A stretch of 64,000 nt of DNA from a virus (Duplodnaviria; Caudoviricetes), in IMG/VR virus record IMGVR_UViG_3300037461_000547, positions 17,332 to 81,331 of that record; one strand, given 5' to 3'. The position numbers and the translations under genes are program-made. Shown here piece after piece: positions 6,654 through 14,609 of this stretch (positions are counted from its first letter, which is position 1; the number at the start of each line of letters is the position of its first letter). The notes below the pieces were generated by a model. The model saw only the letters and a list, made by a program, of their open reading frames with translations. It did not search any database and had not been told where the DNA came from.

Positions 6654-6702
6654 TTTTCAGTCTCCTTTCAGCCCGTGCCATTTTGTCACGGGCTTAAAAT
6701 TA

Positions 6703-6824
6703 GGCGGCGGGCATTCATCAAAATCTTGGTTTGACCTCAGTACGGCTTATTAGGACTTAAACCAAGTAACCTCTTGTCCTGTATGTCCGTCGTTTTGGTC
6801 TGGTAGATGTTTGTCACCGCCGCC
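6703..6824 (-). ncRNA. Putative ~120-nt structured RNA, copy 2
   Basis: GGCGGCGGTGAC...TGCCCGCCGCC termini; internal CTTGGTTT/AAACCAAG stem. Confidence 0.5.
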
Positions 6825-6828
6825 CAAA

Positions 6829-6885
6829 TCAATTACGTTTACATTTACATTCGAGAGGGTGTTTCCCACATTTAGGACAAACCAT
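6829..6885 (-). CDS. 18-aa Cys-rich micropeptide
   Basis: AAGGAG RBS; MVCPKCGKHPLECKCKRN*. Confidence 0.5.
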   Translation of the reverse strand: MVCPKCGKHPLECKCKRN

Positions 6886-6905
6886 TTTATTCTCCTTAAA
6901 ATTAG

Positions 6906-7026
6906 GCAGCGGGCAGGATAAAACTGGCAATATTTCCTGAGCAATCTTTACAAAGACCTTTGGGGAGCAAGACTCAACCTACTCAATCAGTTCCAGTTTT
7001 GGCTGCTTCATATAAGCCACCGCCGC
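6906..7026 (-). ncRNA. Putative ~120-nt structured RNA, copy 3
   Basis: GCGGCGGTGGC...TGCCCGCTGC termini; internal AAAACTGG/CCAGTTTT stem. Confidence 0.5.
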
Positions 7027-7032
7027 ACGATT

Positions 7033-7215
7033 CTAATAATATTTACCCCAATTCCCGAACCTCTTAACATATTCCTCTTTACATGTCTGCGCTGCCACTT
7101 CATTACCGTCGACAAACTGGGCCATGTAACATGCCATTAAAAAATCTGCCTCCACATGCTTACCAATTCTATCCAATGTAATGATGTCATCATACATATC
7201 ACTATCATTTGCCAT
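7033..7215 (-). CDS. Hypothetical protein
   Basis: 60 aa, part of an overlapping gene string. Confidence 0.7.
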   Translation of the reverse strand: MANDSDMYDDIITLDRIGKHVEADFLMACYMAQFVDGNEVAAQTCKEEYVKRFGNWGKYY

Positions 7216-7453
7216 GTGTCCCTCTCAATTGTTTATATTCAAAATCAGATTCACAAGGACTGGGAACTGCAAACTGGATAGGGACGACAACCTGACCGTC
7301 ACAGTGTTTATGATTTCTTAAATCATTGACAGTATCACGTGTCGACGCAAGCAGTTGCGATATTCTAAACACTTTGTCTGCTAACCTTTCGATCTTTTCA
7401 TCACGCTTAAGTTCATCCCAATACTTTGCTCTTTTATTGGATTCCATGTTCAT
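7205..7453 (-). CDS. Hypothetical protein
   Basis: 82 aa, coupled overlaps with neighbours. Confidence 0.7.
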   Translation of the reverse strand: MNMESNKRAKYWDELKRDEKIERLADKVFRISQLLASTRDTVNDLRNHKHCDGQVVVPIQFAVPSPCESDFEYKQLRGTHGK

Positions 7454-7616
7454 GATGTGTCCTTTCTAAACTTAATTTCGATTTAGCCAATCTAAGTTCT
7501 GCTGTAAGATATTCAATATACTTTGATCGGCTCTCAATACGTTCTTGTTTTTGTTCAAACGTTAAATCTTCCCAACCTCGAAACAAGTCATCACACATTT
7601 TGCACCGTCCTTTCAA
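7434..7616 (-). CDS. Hypothetical protein
   Basis: 60 aa, ATGA overlap. Confidence 0.7.
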   Translation of the reverse strand: MKGRCKMCDDLFRGWEDLTFEQKQERIESRSKYIEYLTAELRLAKSKLSLERTHHEHGIQ

Positions 7617-8575
7617 TTTTCACGTGTCATTTCACTGAATATACGACCTTCTTCCGACCCCAAATCCCGTATATAGTTTTCCGCAAGTCGAGTAAGACGT
7701 GCCAACTCATCGGAATCCCAGTACAAAGTTGGGTCTTTACAAATGTTCCACAGTGTCACATACGCACTAAACAATTTCTTTTGATAATCCGCCCCAATAT
7801 ACGCACAATGTTGTGCCACACGTAGCTGACTATTACGACAAACGATTTGGTGAATCATGGCAGGATGTTTCTGTCCTACGGGAATCCCGCATATCCACCC
7901 GTATGGCGCTAATTGGGCAGCCCAATCAGGATAGAGGTCTTCAAAAGACTCACTAACATTAACGGACAACCCATTTTCATTGACAACATAAGCGTCCTTA
8001 TGCCACATGTTGGCGCCCTTCGAAGGCTTCCCAACCCAGCCATCCCGAATCTTGACGTACCCTCTCGCGGGACTCACACCTGAAAGACTGTAAAATCCAT
8101 TGACCTTCCAGTCTAACATAACTTCACCCCCACTCACCTTAAACTTAAGGTCAGGTCTTCCATGGATAATGACAGAGTTTTGGGGGTCATCGCATGTAGT
8201 ACATTGTAACGTACGCTCCGTTGCGAGTTCCAGATTCACGTCATCCGCCTGTTGTAACAAAGTTATGACGTCACTAAGCGCGCCGGAAGTTTTATATGCT
8301 TCAAATACCACACGCCCGTCTTCTTTGGCTTTAGCTCGATTCTGTTCCTCCACCTGTTTTTCGAAGAGTTCGTCGAAGGATACGGATGTAATCCCTAATA
8401 TCGATGCGATGTGTGTTTTAACATAAGCATCGAACGCTGAACCGACAGCCATAGGTATTGTCTGTGGTGGACGTGGCGGTCTATTATCCGCTAAATAACG
8501 AATAAAGAATTCTGTTTTATCTTCTTTCTGCCAACAGCTCATCGCTGTCGGTGACAAATAATTGGGGATACGCAT
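7613..8575 (-). CDS. PD-(D/E)xK (RecB/Cas4-like) exonuclease
   Basis: HGRPDL...MLDWK motif; N-terminal YLSPTAMSCW typical of phage exonucleases. Confidence 0.75.
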   Translation of the reverse strand: MRIPNYLSPTAMSCWQKEDKTEFFIRYLADNRPPRPPQTIPMAVGSAFDAYVKTHIASILGITSVSFDELFEKQVEEQNRAKAKEDGRVVFEAYKTSGALSDVITLLQQADDVNLELATERTLQCTTCDDPQNSVIIHGRPDLKFKVSGGEVMLDWKVNGFYSLSGVSPARGYVKIRDGWVGKPSKGANMWHKDAYVVNENGLSVNVSESFEDLYPDWAAQLAPYGWICGIPVGQKHPAMIHQIVCRNSQLRVAQHCAYIGADYQKKLFSAYVTLWNICKDPTLYWDSDELARLTRLAENYIRDLGSEEGRIFSEMTREN

Positions 8576-8584
8576 TATTTTATC

Positions 8585-8818
8585 CTATCCTTTCCATATA
8601 TATACGTTCATGAGTTCATACCCATGTTCCATAACACTATCAAGCCAAACACGGGGATTCAAGAAATCCTCAAACGAAACATTTACACATCTTATATGTT
8701 TTACACCGTTCCAAAACTTAAATACCTCTACCGTAATCCCCCTTAGAGTGGGGCAGAAACGTATTTCTACCCCACCCCGTAGGAGTTTGTCAAGTACCAA
8801 ATGTACGTCGAGAGCCAT
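8585..8818 (-). CDS. Hypothetical protein
   Basis: AAAGGA RBS before ATG 8818. Confidence 0.65.
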   Translation of the reverse strand: MALDVHLVLDKLLRGGVEIRFCPTLRGITVEVFKFWNGVKHIRCVNVSFEDFLNPRVWLDSVMEHGYELMNVYIWKG

Positions 8819-9026
8819 GGTTATCTGTCCTTTCATCCATAAGATGGACGAGTTCTCGTAATTCATCAAGCGTTACAATGTCCCAAAACTCCATCTCCCA
8901 AATCCCACGTCCGAGATCGTGTAAGAGACCTACACGACCCCGAACGTCGGCGACTTCTAAAATCTTTGGGGTTTCGGTATCAAGGAGACGTACAATTTTT
9001 CTCGAATTTTTGTTCCTTGAGTTCAT
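8790..9026 (-). CDS. Hypothetical protein
   Basis: 78-aa ORF in a packed string. Confidence 0.55.
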   Translation of the reverse strand: MNSRNKNSRKIVRLLDTETPKILEVADVRGRVGLLHDLGRGIWEMEFWDIVTLDELRELVHLMDERTDNHGSRRTFGT

Positions 9027-9267
9027 GCTTTACCTCACTAACTACTGCTTCAAGCAGTTCAAGACTTGTAGCACGTAACAAGGAGAGTAATCCATCACCG
9101 TCCTTAGCACGTAGAGATGCTTCGCTGTATCCATTGGACACCAATAGATTTATTGAATCTGAGCAAAGTACCTTCACTAAGTCGATTGCGTTTACCAGTT
9201 CTTTTAATTGTTGATGCAAACGAACTGTGTTCGTTGCAACTATATACAACTTCTCATTACTGTCCAT
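8980..9267 (-). CDS. Hypothetical protein
   Basis: GGAGG RBS, 95 aa. Confidence 0.75.
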   Translation of the reverse strand: MDSNEKLYIVATNTVRLHQQLKELVNAIDLVKVLCSDSINLLVSNGYSEASLRAKDGDGLLSLLRATSLELLEAVVSEVKHELKEQKFEKNCTSP

Positions 9268-9284
9268 AAATCCTCCATACTATT

Positions 9285-9476
9285 TTATTTAACACAAAAG
9301 GGACGGACAAGAATTTCCACGTTCTCATGAAATACCATAGAACCTAAAGACATTATCCCTTTCTTTTCTGCCTGTGAAGCGTTGTCCGCAAGCACAGTTC
9401 CTTGTTGCAATATATGTTGTTCATTTAGATCGCCATAATCTACTGCTACCCATTCATACACTTTTTTCTTTTCCAT
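9285..9476 (-). CDS. Hypothetical protein
   Basis: AAAGGA RBS before ATG 9476. Confidence 0.7.
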   Translation of the reverse strand: MEKKKVYEWVAVDYGDLNEQHILQQGTVLADNASQAEKKGIMSLGSMVFHENVEILVRPFCVK

Positions 9477-9817
9477 TTGTTTTCCTTTCCAAATAATAAA
9501 GACCCCAATAACACCCACAACGTTGTGGGTTCTGGGACTATTTTTCCTTGATATTTGTCATTAACATAGAATGAAACGGAATCTCCGGTATTGATGTACA
9601 GAATCCTACTATCGGTACCTTCGAAGTTGGGTAAGTTGTATGTTGTGCCACACCATAGGATTCTGATGTCTTCAATATTGGGCGGTGGTACTGATATTCC
9701 CAACCAATATGGTATTGTTGTTTGATACACGGGCTGATTTATTAAATCAACACGACGCCCATCTGTCGTGGGATACGCTGTCAATATTATTATAGTGAGG
9801 AGATGTATAATATTCAT
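9446..9817 (-). CDS. Secreted protein with C-terminal PEP-CTERM sorting signal
   Basis: Hydrophobic N-terminus; C-terminal VPEPTTLWVLLGSLLFG followed by basic KENKWKRKK. Confidence 0.8.
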   Translation of the reverse strand: MNIIHLLTIIILTAYPTTDGRRVDLINQPVYQTTIPYWLGISVPPPNIEDIRILWCGTTYNLPNFEGTDSRILYINTGDSVSFYVNDKYQGKIVPEPTTLWVLLGSLLFGKENKWKRKKCMNG

Positions 9818-9837
9818 TGTTTTATTTCTTTTCAAGG

Positions 9838-9941
9838 TCAAGAGGTGGGTTTCTCACCCACAGTACACTGAGTGCTCCGTTGCACATAACGGACTTGCGA
9901 CTATACAGATGTGCCTGTACCCTGCGTACGCAGACTCTTGA
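9838..9941 (-). ncRNA. Putative multi-way-junction RNA with complementary (kissing) loops
   Basis: 7-bp closing stem TCAAGAG/CTCTTGA; five hairpins; loops GCACAT (9882-9887) and ATGTGC (9909-9914) are exact reverse complements. Confidence 0.7.
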
Positions 9942-9956
9942 TGCGTTAAGGTTACG

Positions 9957-10130
9957 TTACTCAAACAATGTTACGAAAGTATCGGTGAATTGTTCGACAC
10001 CATAGTCTGATAGCACATCATAGACATCTTCCCCGTCATTGACACGCACTCTCATGTCGTCAATAACTTCGACGGCTTCCTCACGTTCGATACCTTCTGA
10101 CTCCATTACCGCTGCGATTAATTCTTCCAT
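9957..10130 (-). CDS. Small acidic protein (57 aa, below track cutoff)
   Basis: AAAGGA RBS; MEELIAAVMESEGIEREEAVEVIDDM... Confidence 0.75.
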   Translation of the reverse strand: MEELIAAVMESEGIEREEAVEVIDDMRVRVNDGEDVYDVLSDYGVEQFTDTFVTLFE

Positions 10131-10224
10131 ACTGTGTCCTTTCTTCTTGTGATTAATAAAATCAAAACAATTATCAACGTAATAATTGTCGGTTTAATCA
10201 TTGTACACTCTTTCTTATTAAAAG

Positions 10225-10304
10225 TGCCAGTACCATGGGGGATTCGAACCCGCATTCCTGATACTATTTATCAGATCCTACCAATTAGATGAATGTGTAC
10301 TGGC
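10225..10304 (-). tRNA. Aberrant tRNA-like gene (pseudo-tRNA), no valid anticodon
   Basis: GCCAGTAC/GTACTGGC stem plus A; D loop AATTGGTA; CTGAT/ATCAG stem; T loop TTCGAAT; acceptor extended by CAT/ATG; anticodon loop AAATAGT lacks U33. Confidence 0.65.
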
Positions 10305-10317
10305 AATATTCACAGGT

Positions 10318-10346
10318 GAGTGAGTCGACACCGAGCCGACTCACTC
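10318..10346. other. Perfect 10-bp hairpin upstream of the tRNA-like gene (terminator or processing site)
   Basis: GAGTGAGTCG / CGACTCACTC. Confidence 0.6.
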
Positions 10347-10381
10347 TATTGAAGGGAGACCTAAATAGAAAGGGAGAAGAC

Positions 10382-11656
10382 CTACAGGAATATTCCATGT
10401 TGATTTTCAAGAAGCGTAAGGATTTGACCAATCAAATAGTTCTGCATCTCACGTGTATTGTCACCTGCACAAGATTCCAAATGTGCGATTTCCTCTAAGA
10501 TAGTTTCAGCGAGTCGACGCAACCCTAAATCAAATAGGCGTGTGGACAATATTATTTTTCCGTTGTGTGCACGTCCATATATCTTAGAGTCTGTGAACCG
10601 TGCTATGAGAATTTCATACTTTATTTCTATCCCCACTTCTTTGAAAAATTCTAAAACTTTATTTAGTTTGAAGATTTCCCGTTTCGTGGGTGTTGACACT
10701 AAATACTCGTGTCTAACATCTACAGATTGGACAACAGATTTAAGATCTGGAAACTCACTTATCAAGACACTGAGTAAAGATGTTGGTAACTGTATTGCAT
10801 TAGATGCTGTGACATCATCGGGATACCAACCAGCATATTCCAGAGGTATTAAGAGTTTGTCCTTGAAAAATTCAAACCAATCATCGTTAAACATACCTGG
10901 ACAAGAGTCGTGCCACCGTAATCTATGTTCAAATCGTTCTTCCTTTAATGTAGTACAGTAAAGACTTAACATTTGTTTTGTTGCCATTGACGCCCACATC
11001 TTACATATACGTTCCTGAATATCACAAGACCAAGAAATTATGCGACACTCATTTACATGGATATTGTGAAAATCATAATCGAACAATGATGTATATTGTT
11101 CGTCATAAGCACGTACCCCTTTACGATAAAGAGTCATGTGTTGACCGGCACGGTTATAAATTTTTCCAACTTCATTCCCTGCAAGAGGGATTCTTTTCAT
11201 CGCAAAGTAACTTGTCCAATCTGTCGCGATAGCTTCGAGCTGTTCACCCACACATTTTATATGAAAGACTGTGGTGTTTTCTTTGGGTTGTGGGTCATCT
11301 TGTAAACTGTGTTCATATTCGCCTTCATCAATCGCGTTACAGAATATTTCACGTATCGCGTGCCACAATTTCCAATCTGGTCCCATATCAGTTGTTAGGG
11401 AAGTTTTTTGGCCGTTAATGTAAATAACATTAAATTCTTTACCTCTAAAAATTGTTGGTCGGGCATCAATGTAGATTTCTTGCAATCCTGAAAACACCTG
11501 AAACGGAATATTGTCCCGCAGGAGTACAGCTATTGCATATTTTAATCCCGAACCAAAGTAACCTATTGAATTTGTCCCACGTTTTGTGCATGCACCAAGC
11601 AATTGAAAAGCGTCTGGTTCAATCAGTGTGTTGTTTTGTATCACTAATGTTTTCAT
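10382..11656 (-). CDS. GHKL-type ATPase with permuted motif order and C-terminal EExxH motif
   Basis: IGYFGSGLKYA precedes AIREIFCNAIDEG; C-terminal ETILEEIAHLES. Confidence 0.7.
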   Translation of the reverse strand: MKTLVIQNNTLIEPDAFQLLGACTKRGTNSIGYFGSGLKYAIAVLLRDNIPFQVFSGLQEIYIDARPTIFRGKEFNVIYINGQKTSLTTDMGPDWKLWHAIREIFCNAIDEGEYEHSLQDDPQPKENTTVFHIKCVGEQLEAIATDWTSYFAMKRIPLAGNEVGKIYNRAGQHMTLYRKGVRAYDEQYTSLFDYDFHNIHVNECRIISWSCDIQERICKMWASMATKQMLSLYCTTLKEERFEHRLRWHDSCPGMFNDDWFEFFKDKLLIPLEYAGWYPDDVTASNAIQLPTSLLSVLISEFPDLKSVVQSVDVRHEYLVSTPTKREIFKLNKVLEFFKEVGIEIKYEILIARFTDSKIYGRAHNGKIILSTRLFDLGLRRLAETILEEIAHLESCAGDNTREMQNYLIGQILTLLENQHGIFL

Positions 11657-11978
11657 TTTTGTTCCCTTCACCATTTATCTTGTGTCTGTCTTCTTGTTCC
11701 ATTTGTTTTCCACGTCCAAGCGCAAGTATCTTTTCCAAGAGTCTATCTTTATGTTTTTCTAAAGCCACTATAATATCAGATATAACTTCTTTATTTTCTT
11801 CGGAGTTTGTTAATATTAAAACAATGTCTCCGCCGGTACGAATATCGAACCCTTTGCAAGGCAGATTTACAGCATCCGTCACAGCATGCAACTGTTCTGT
11901 GAGTTCTAATATCCTATCAACATAATCATCTCCACAACTTCTTTTCATATTGCACCCCTTACATCCAAATTTTGACAC
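11619..11978 (-). CDS. Hypothetical protein
   Basis: 119 aa with N-terminal CxxC...C. Confidence 0.7.
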   Translation of the reverse strand: MSKFGCKGCNMKRSCGDDYVDRILELTEQLHAVTDAVNLPCKGFDIRTGGDIVLILTNSEENKEVISDIIVALEKHKDRLLEKILALGRGKQMEQEDRHKINGEGNKNENISDTKQHTD

Positions 11979-12159
11979 GTTTCAAACTTTTCAGCATCCC
12001 ACGTATTGCCACACTGAATCTCGTTCCTTCGGAAATTATTTCCAGTGCTTTACTTAAGATTTCACGAATCTCAGTGCCATTATACTCTGGGTCTGTGTCG
12101 TCTAATGTGAGTTCGTGCATTTCATGTGCTAATTTTTCAATGTCTTGTAATTTACTCAT
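11959..12159 (-). CDS. Hypothetical protein
   Basis: AAAGGA RBS before ATG 12159. Confidence 0.7.
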   Translation of the reverse strand: MSKLQDIEKLAHEMHELTLDDTDPEYNGTEIREILSKALEIISEGTRFSVAIRGMLKSLKRVKIWM

Positions 12160-12223
12160 TGTTGTCCTTTCAAAAATGTGGTGGGGACAAGCCCCACCAC
12201 ATACACGGAGGGGAGGAGGTGAA

Positions 12224-13312
12224 TCAATATTCTTCATACTTTCGCCAATACCGTGCTTCAAGTGGTGTACCATCATTACTCCGGCCTCGATATTGGAACG
12301 TTACAATACTGCCTAAAGGAAAATTCCGTGGAACATAACACGGATCAATATTTTCTTTTCCTTCCATTACAATACCTGTTTCCCAAAATGGGTATGCCTT
12401 AAACTCATCATTTATTGGATTCCGACGCATTACAGCAGGTGAACCATCATACAATATTTCACGTTCATCGTCAGTGAATCCACTGATGAAAAGAATCGGG
12501 CCTGTACCTTTTTCACGTATCTTTAATCCACCTAATCTCCCTAAATGCCGAGAACCTTTATCCGTCGCTTTACCCCAAGAAAATCCAACAACCGTCCCTT
12601 CACTGTCGCTTAAGGGTTTGTGTTTCATTAAATTCCATGTACGTTCAGGCATCCATGGTGTACGTGGATTCCGTAACATAATACCCTCAGCACCTACTGA
12701 AAGAACGTCTTCCAAGTATTCATTTAATGTAGTCTCTAATTTGGCAGTCATCATTGGGAGTTGGATTTGTTTAATCGCAAACACAGGTGGAGAGAAATTA
12801 GTGTCCTTAACACTTAAACCGATACCGTCAGCACCGTTTCTATCTTCCCACCATTTTATAGCCCAGTGTGGTATTGTTTTTCTTATATACAAATTATCAA
12901 TGTGACGCGGTTCAAGAAAATGTGCAATTTTAGGGCTGTCAAATACACGGTAACTAACAGGTTTCCACTCCCCGTCAATGGGTTCATGTTTCTTAACAGC
13001 TGAAATAAGTTTTTGTCTGTCTTCTCTCTTAGTCCAGAGTTCACCGTCTAACGGGTATTTAGGTAGCGCTTCGAGAAACCAAACAGGTGCTGTGATAATT
13101 TTACCGTAACGTGTCCACAGTCCGGTTGCATATCTTACACTCTTGTCCTTCGCAGTATTTGCCCATGGGACATGGATTGCTTGCAATCCTGTTGAGACAC
13201 CACCATCCCAAAAACAACGAATACCATCCAACTTTTCAGACATTAGCCAACCGCCGATGAAGTGTTTCTTAGGATTATATTCTTGAGCAAGTTGTAAAAA
13301 TTCTGGTTTCAT
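12224..13312 (-). CDS. lig: ATP-dependent DNA ligase
   Basis: Motif I SEKLDGIR, LDGELW, EGIMLR, LMKHKP and C-terminal OB fold. Confidence 0.93.
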   Translation of the reverse strand: MKPEFLQLAQEYNPKKHFIGGWLMSEKLDGIRCFWDGGVSTGLQAIHVPWANTAKDKSVRYATGLWTRYGKIITAPVWFLEALPKYPLDGELWTKREDRQKLISAVKKHEPIDGEWKPVSYRVFDSPKIAHFLEPRHIDNLYIRKTIPHWAIKWWEDRNGADGIGLSVKDTNFSPPVFAIKQIQLPMMTAKLETTLNEYLEDVLSVGAEGIMLRNPRTPWMPERTWNLMKHKPLSDSEGTVVGFSWGKATDKGSRHLGRLGGLKIREKGTGPILFISGFTDDEREILYDGSPAVMRRNPINDEFKAYPFWETGIVMEGKENIDPCYVPRNFPLGSIVTFQYRGRSNDGTPLEARYWRKYEEY

Positions 13313-13336
13313 TTTCTGTTTCCTTAAAACATGTTG

Positions 13337-13693
13337 TTATCCCTTTTTCAAAAGTCCTTTGAATTTTTCAAGCGTATGGCACATTTTCATTATGCTCGGT
13401 AACGCCAACTCAACTAACTCAATATCATATTGAGTTAAAATGGTGTCACTGATTGGGATTTGTTTAATCGGCTCAGTAGTAGCAGGGGTCAGTGTTGCTT
13501 CTACTTTCTCAATGTCGATGTTGTGAATCGCGGTGGTCGGAAGAAGGACAGAGATATAATGTCCTTTGTTTTCTTCCTTTGGGATTTTGTGTGCCTTACG
13601 TAAATGCAATCCCATGTGTTGTAATCTGTCTGTTCTAAAATCACAATGCTTACAATTGAAATTGCCTCTCTTGTGTTCATATTTCTTAGTCAT
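13337..13693 (-). CDS. C2H2 zinc-finger protein
   Basis: FNCKHCDFRTDRLQHMGLHLRKAH. Confidence 0.7.
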   Translation of the reverse strand: MTKKYEHKRGNFNCKHCDFRTDRLQHMGLHLRKAHKIPKEENKGHYISVLLPTTAIHNIDIEKVEATLTPATTEPIKQIPISDTILTQYDIELVELALPSIMKMCHTLEKFKGLLKKG

Positions 13694-13732
13694 ATTTTCT
13701 CCTTTCATATTAACACATCAAGCAATTTTACA

Positions 13733-13954
13733 TTAAGGAACTTTATCTACAAGTTTATTTATTGCTTCATACAAAATAGTGTTATCACTTTTCTGACGTT
13801 CAAGCAAGACAGACCCGTCTTTTTCCATGATAAACGCATCAATTTCTTGGTTTCCCCAACGTGTATATTGTAACACAGTCCCATCGGGTTTTGTCACAAC
13901 GATACGTGCGCAACCACAGAGAAAAACTAACATTAAGACAATTGTTAAACGCAT
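13733..13954 (-). CDS. Small lipoprotein
   Basis: Signal peptide with lipobox FLCG-C. Confidence 0.75.
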   Translation of the reverse strand: MRLTIVLMLVFLCGCARIVVTKPDGTVLQYTRWGNQEIDAFIMEKDGSVLLERQKSDNTILYEAINKLVDKVP

Positions 13955-13967
13955 ACTTTCTCCTTTA

Positions 13968-14609
13968 TCAATACCGTAATCTTACAAGACTGTTATCGAC
14001 AGCTCTACGCAGTTCAAATCCACAACACAACATATTCAGACATTGTAACACTGGACTGGGCACATCACGCCAAGTATTCAGGAATTTGTTGATGTAGCAA
14101 ATCACACGCTCATCAGCCCCTGTCGGGTCGCCGGCCAAACAAACTACACGATGTTGAACCTCAGAGCAAATATTCTTTCTACTGTTGTGGAAACGTTTGT
14201 TACAGAGAAAAGATAAAATACACAGGAAATCGTACCCATCATTGTTTGCAACTTCCATTCGTAACCATGATAGTATTGCTGTGTATCCTGAATTACTTAC
14301 AGGGAACTCAATGTATAACCATCTCCGTGGGTCATCAACGACTTCCGAATATGGACGGACGCATGTACCTGTGCCTTTTTTGAAAAGATTGCGTAACAAT
14401 CCATGTCGACGCATTTCGCCCATCGTGGATGTATACATGTCATCCCCAAGACGCACCTCACCGTGCGATAACAACGGAAACCACTCTGGATTGATACAAC
14501 ACTCAATCATACGTTGTTTATTCGCTGCGTGGGTACTCCGTCCAATAATGTCATCCATTATATGGCCGTCAAATTGTGTCATAAAATAATACAATCGTAC
14601 AGTTTTCAT
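13968..14609 (-). CDS. Permuted papain-like (NlpC/P60, YiiX-like) amidase
   Basis: SHGEVR (His) precedes YDF and NICSEV (Cys). Confidence 0.65.
   Translation of the reverse strand: MKTVRLYYFMTQFDGHIMDDIIGRSTHAANKQRMIECCINPEWFPLLSHGEVRLGDDMYTSTMGEMRRHGLLRNLFKKGTGTCVRPYSEVVDDPRRWLYIEFPVSNSGYTAILSWLRMEVANNDGYDFLCILSFLCNKRFHNSRKNICSEVQHRVVCLAGDPTGADERVICYINKFLNTWRDVPSPVLQCLNMLCCGFELRRAVDNSLVRLRY

Noticed and set aside
7613-8575. Cas4 as evidence of a CRISPR system
   Set aside because: The PD-(D/E)xK motif is generic, no clear four-Cys cluster is seen, and there is no array. It is more likely a recombination exonuclease.
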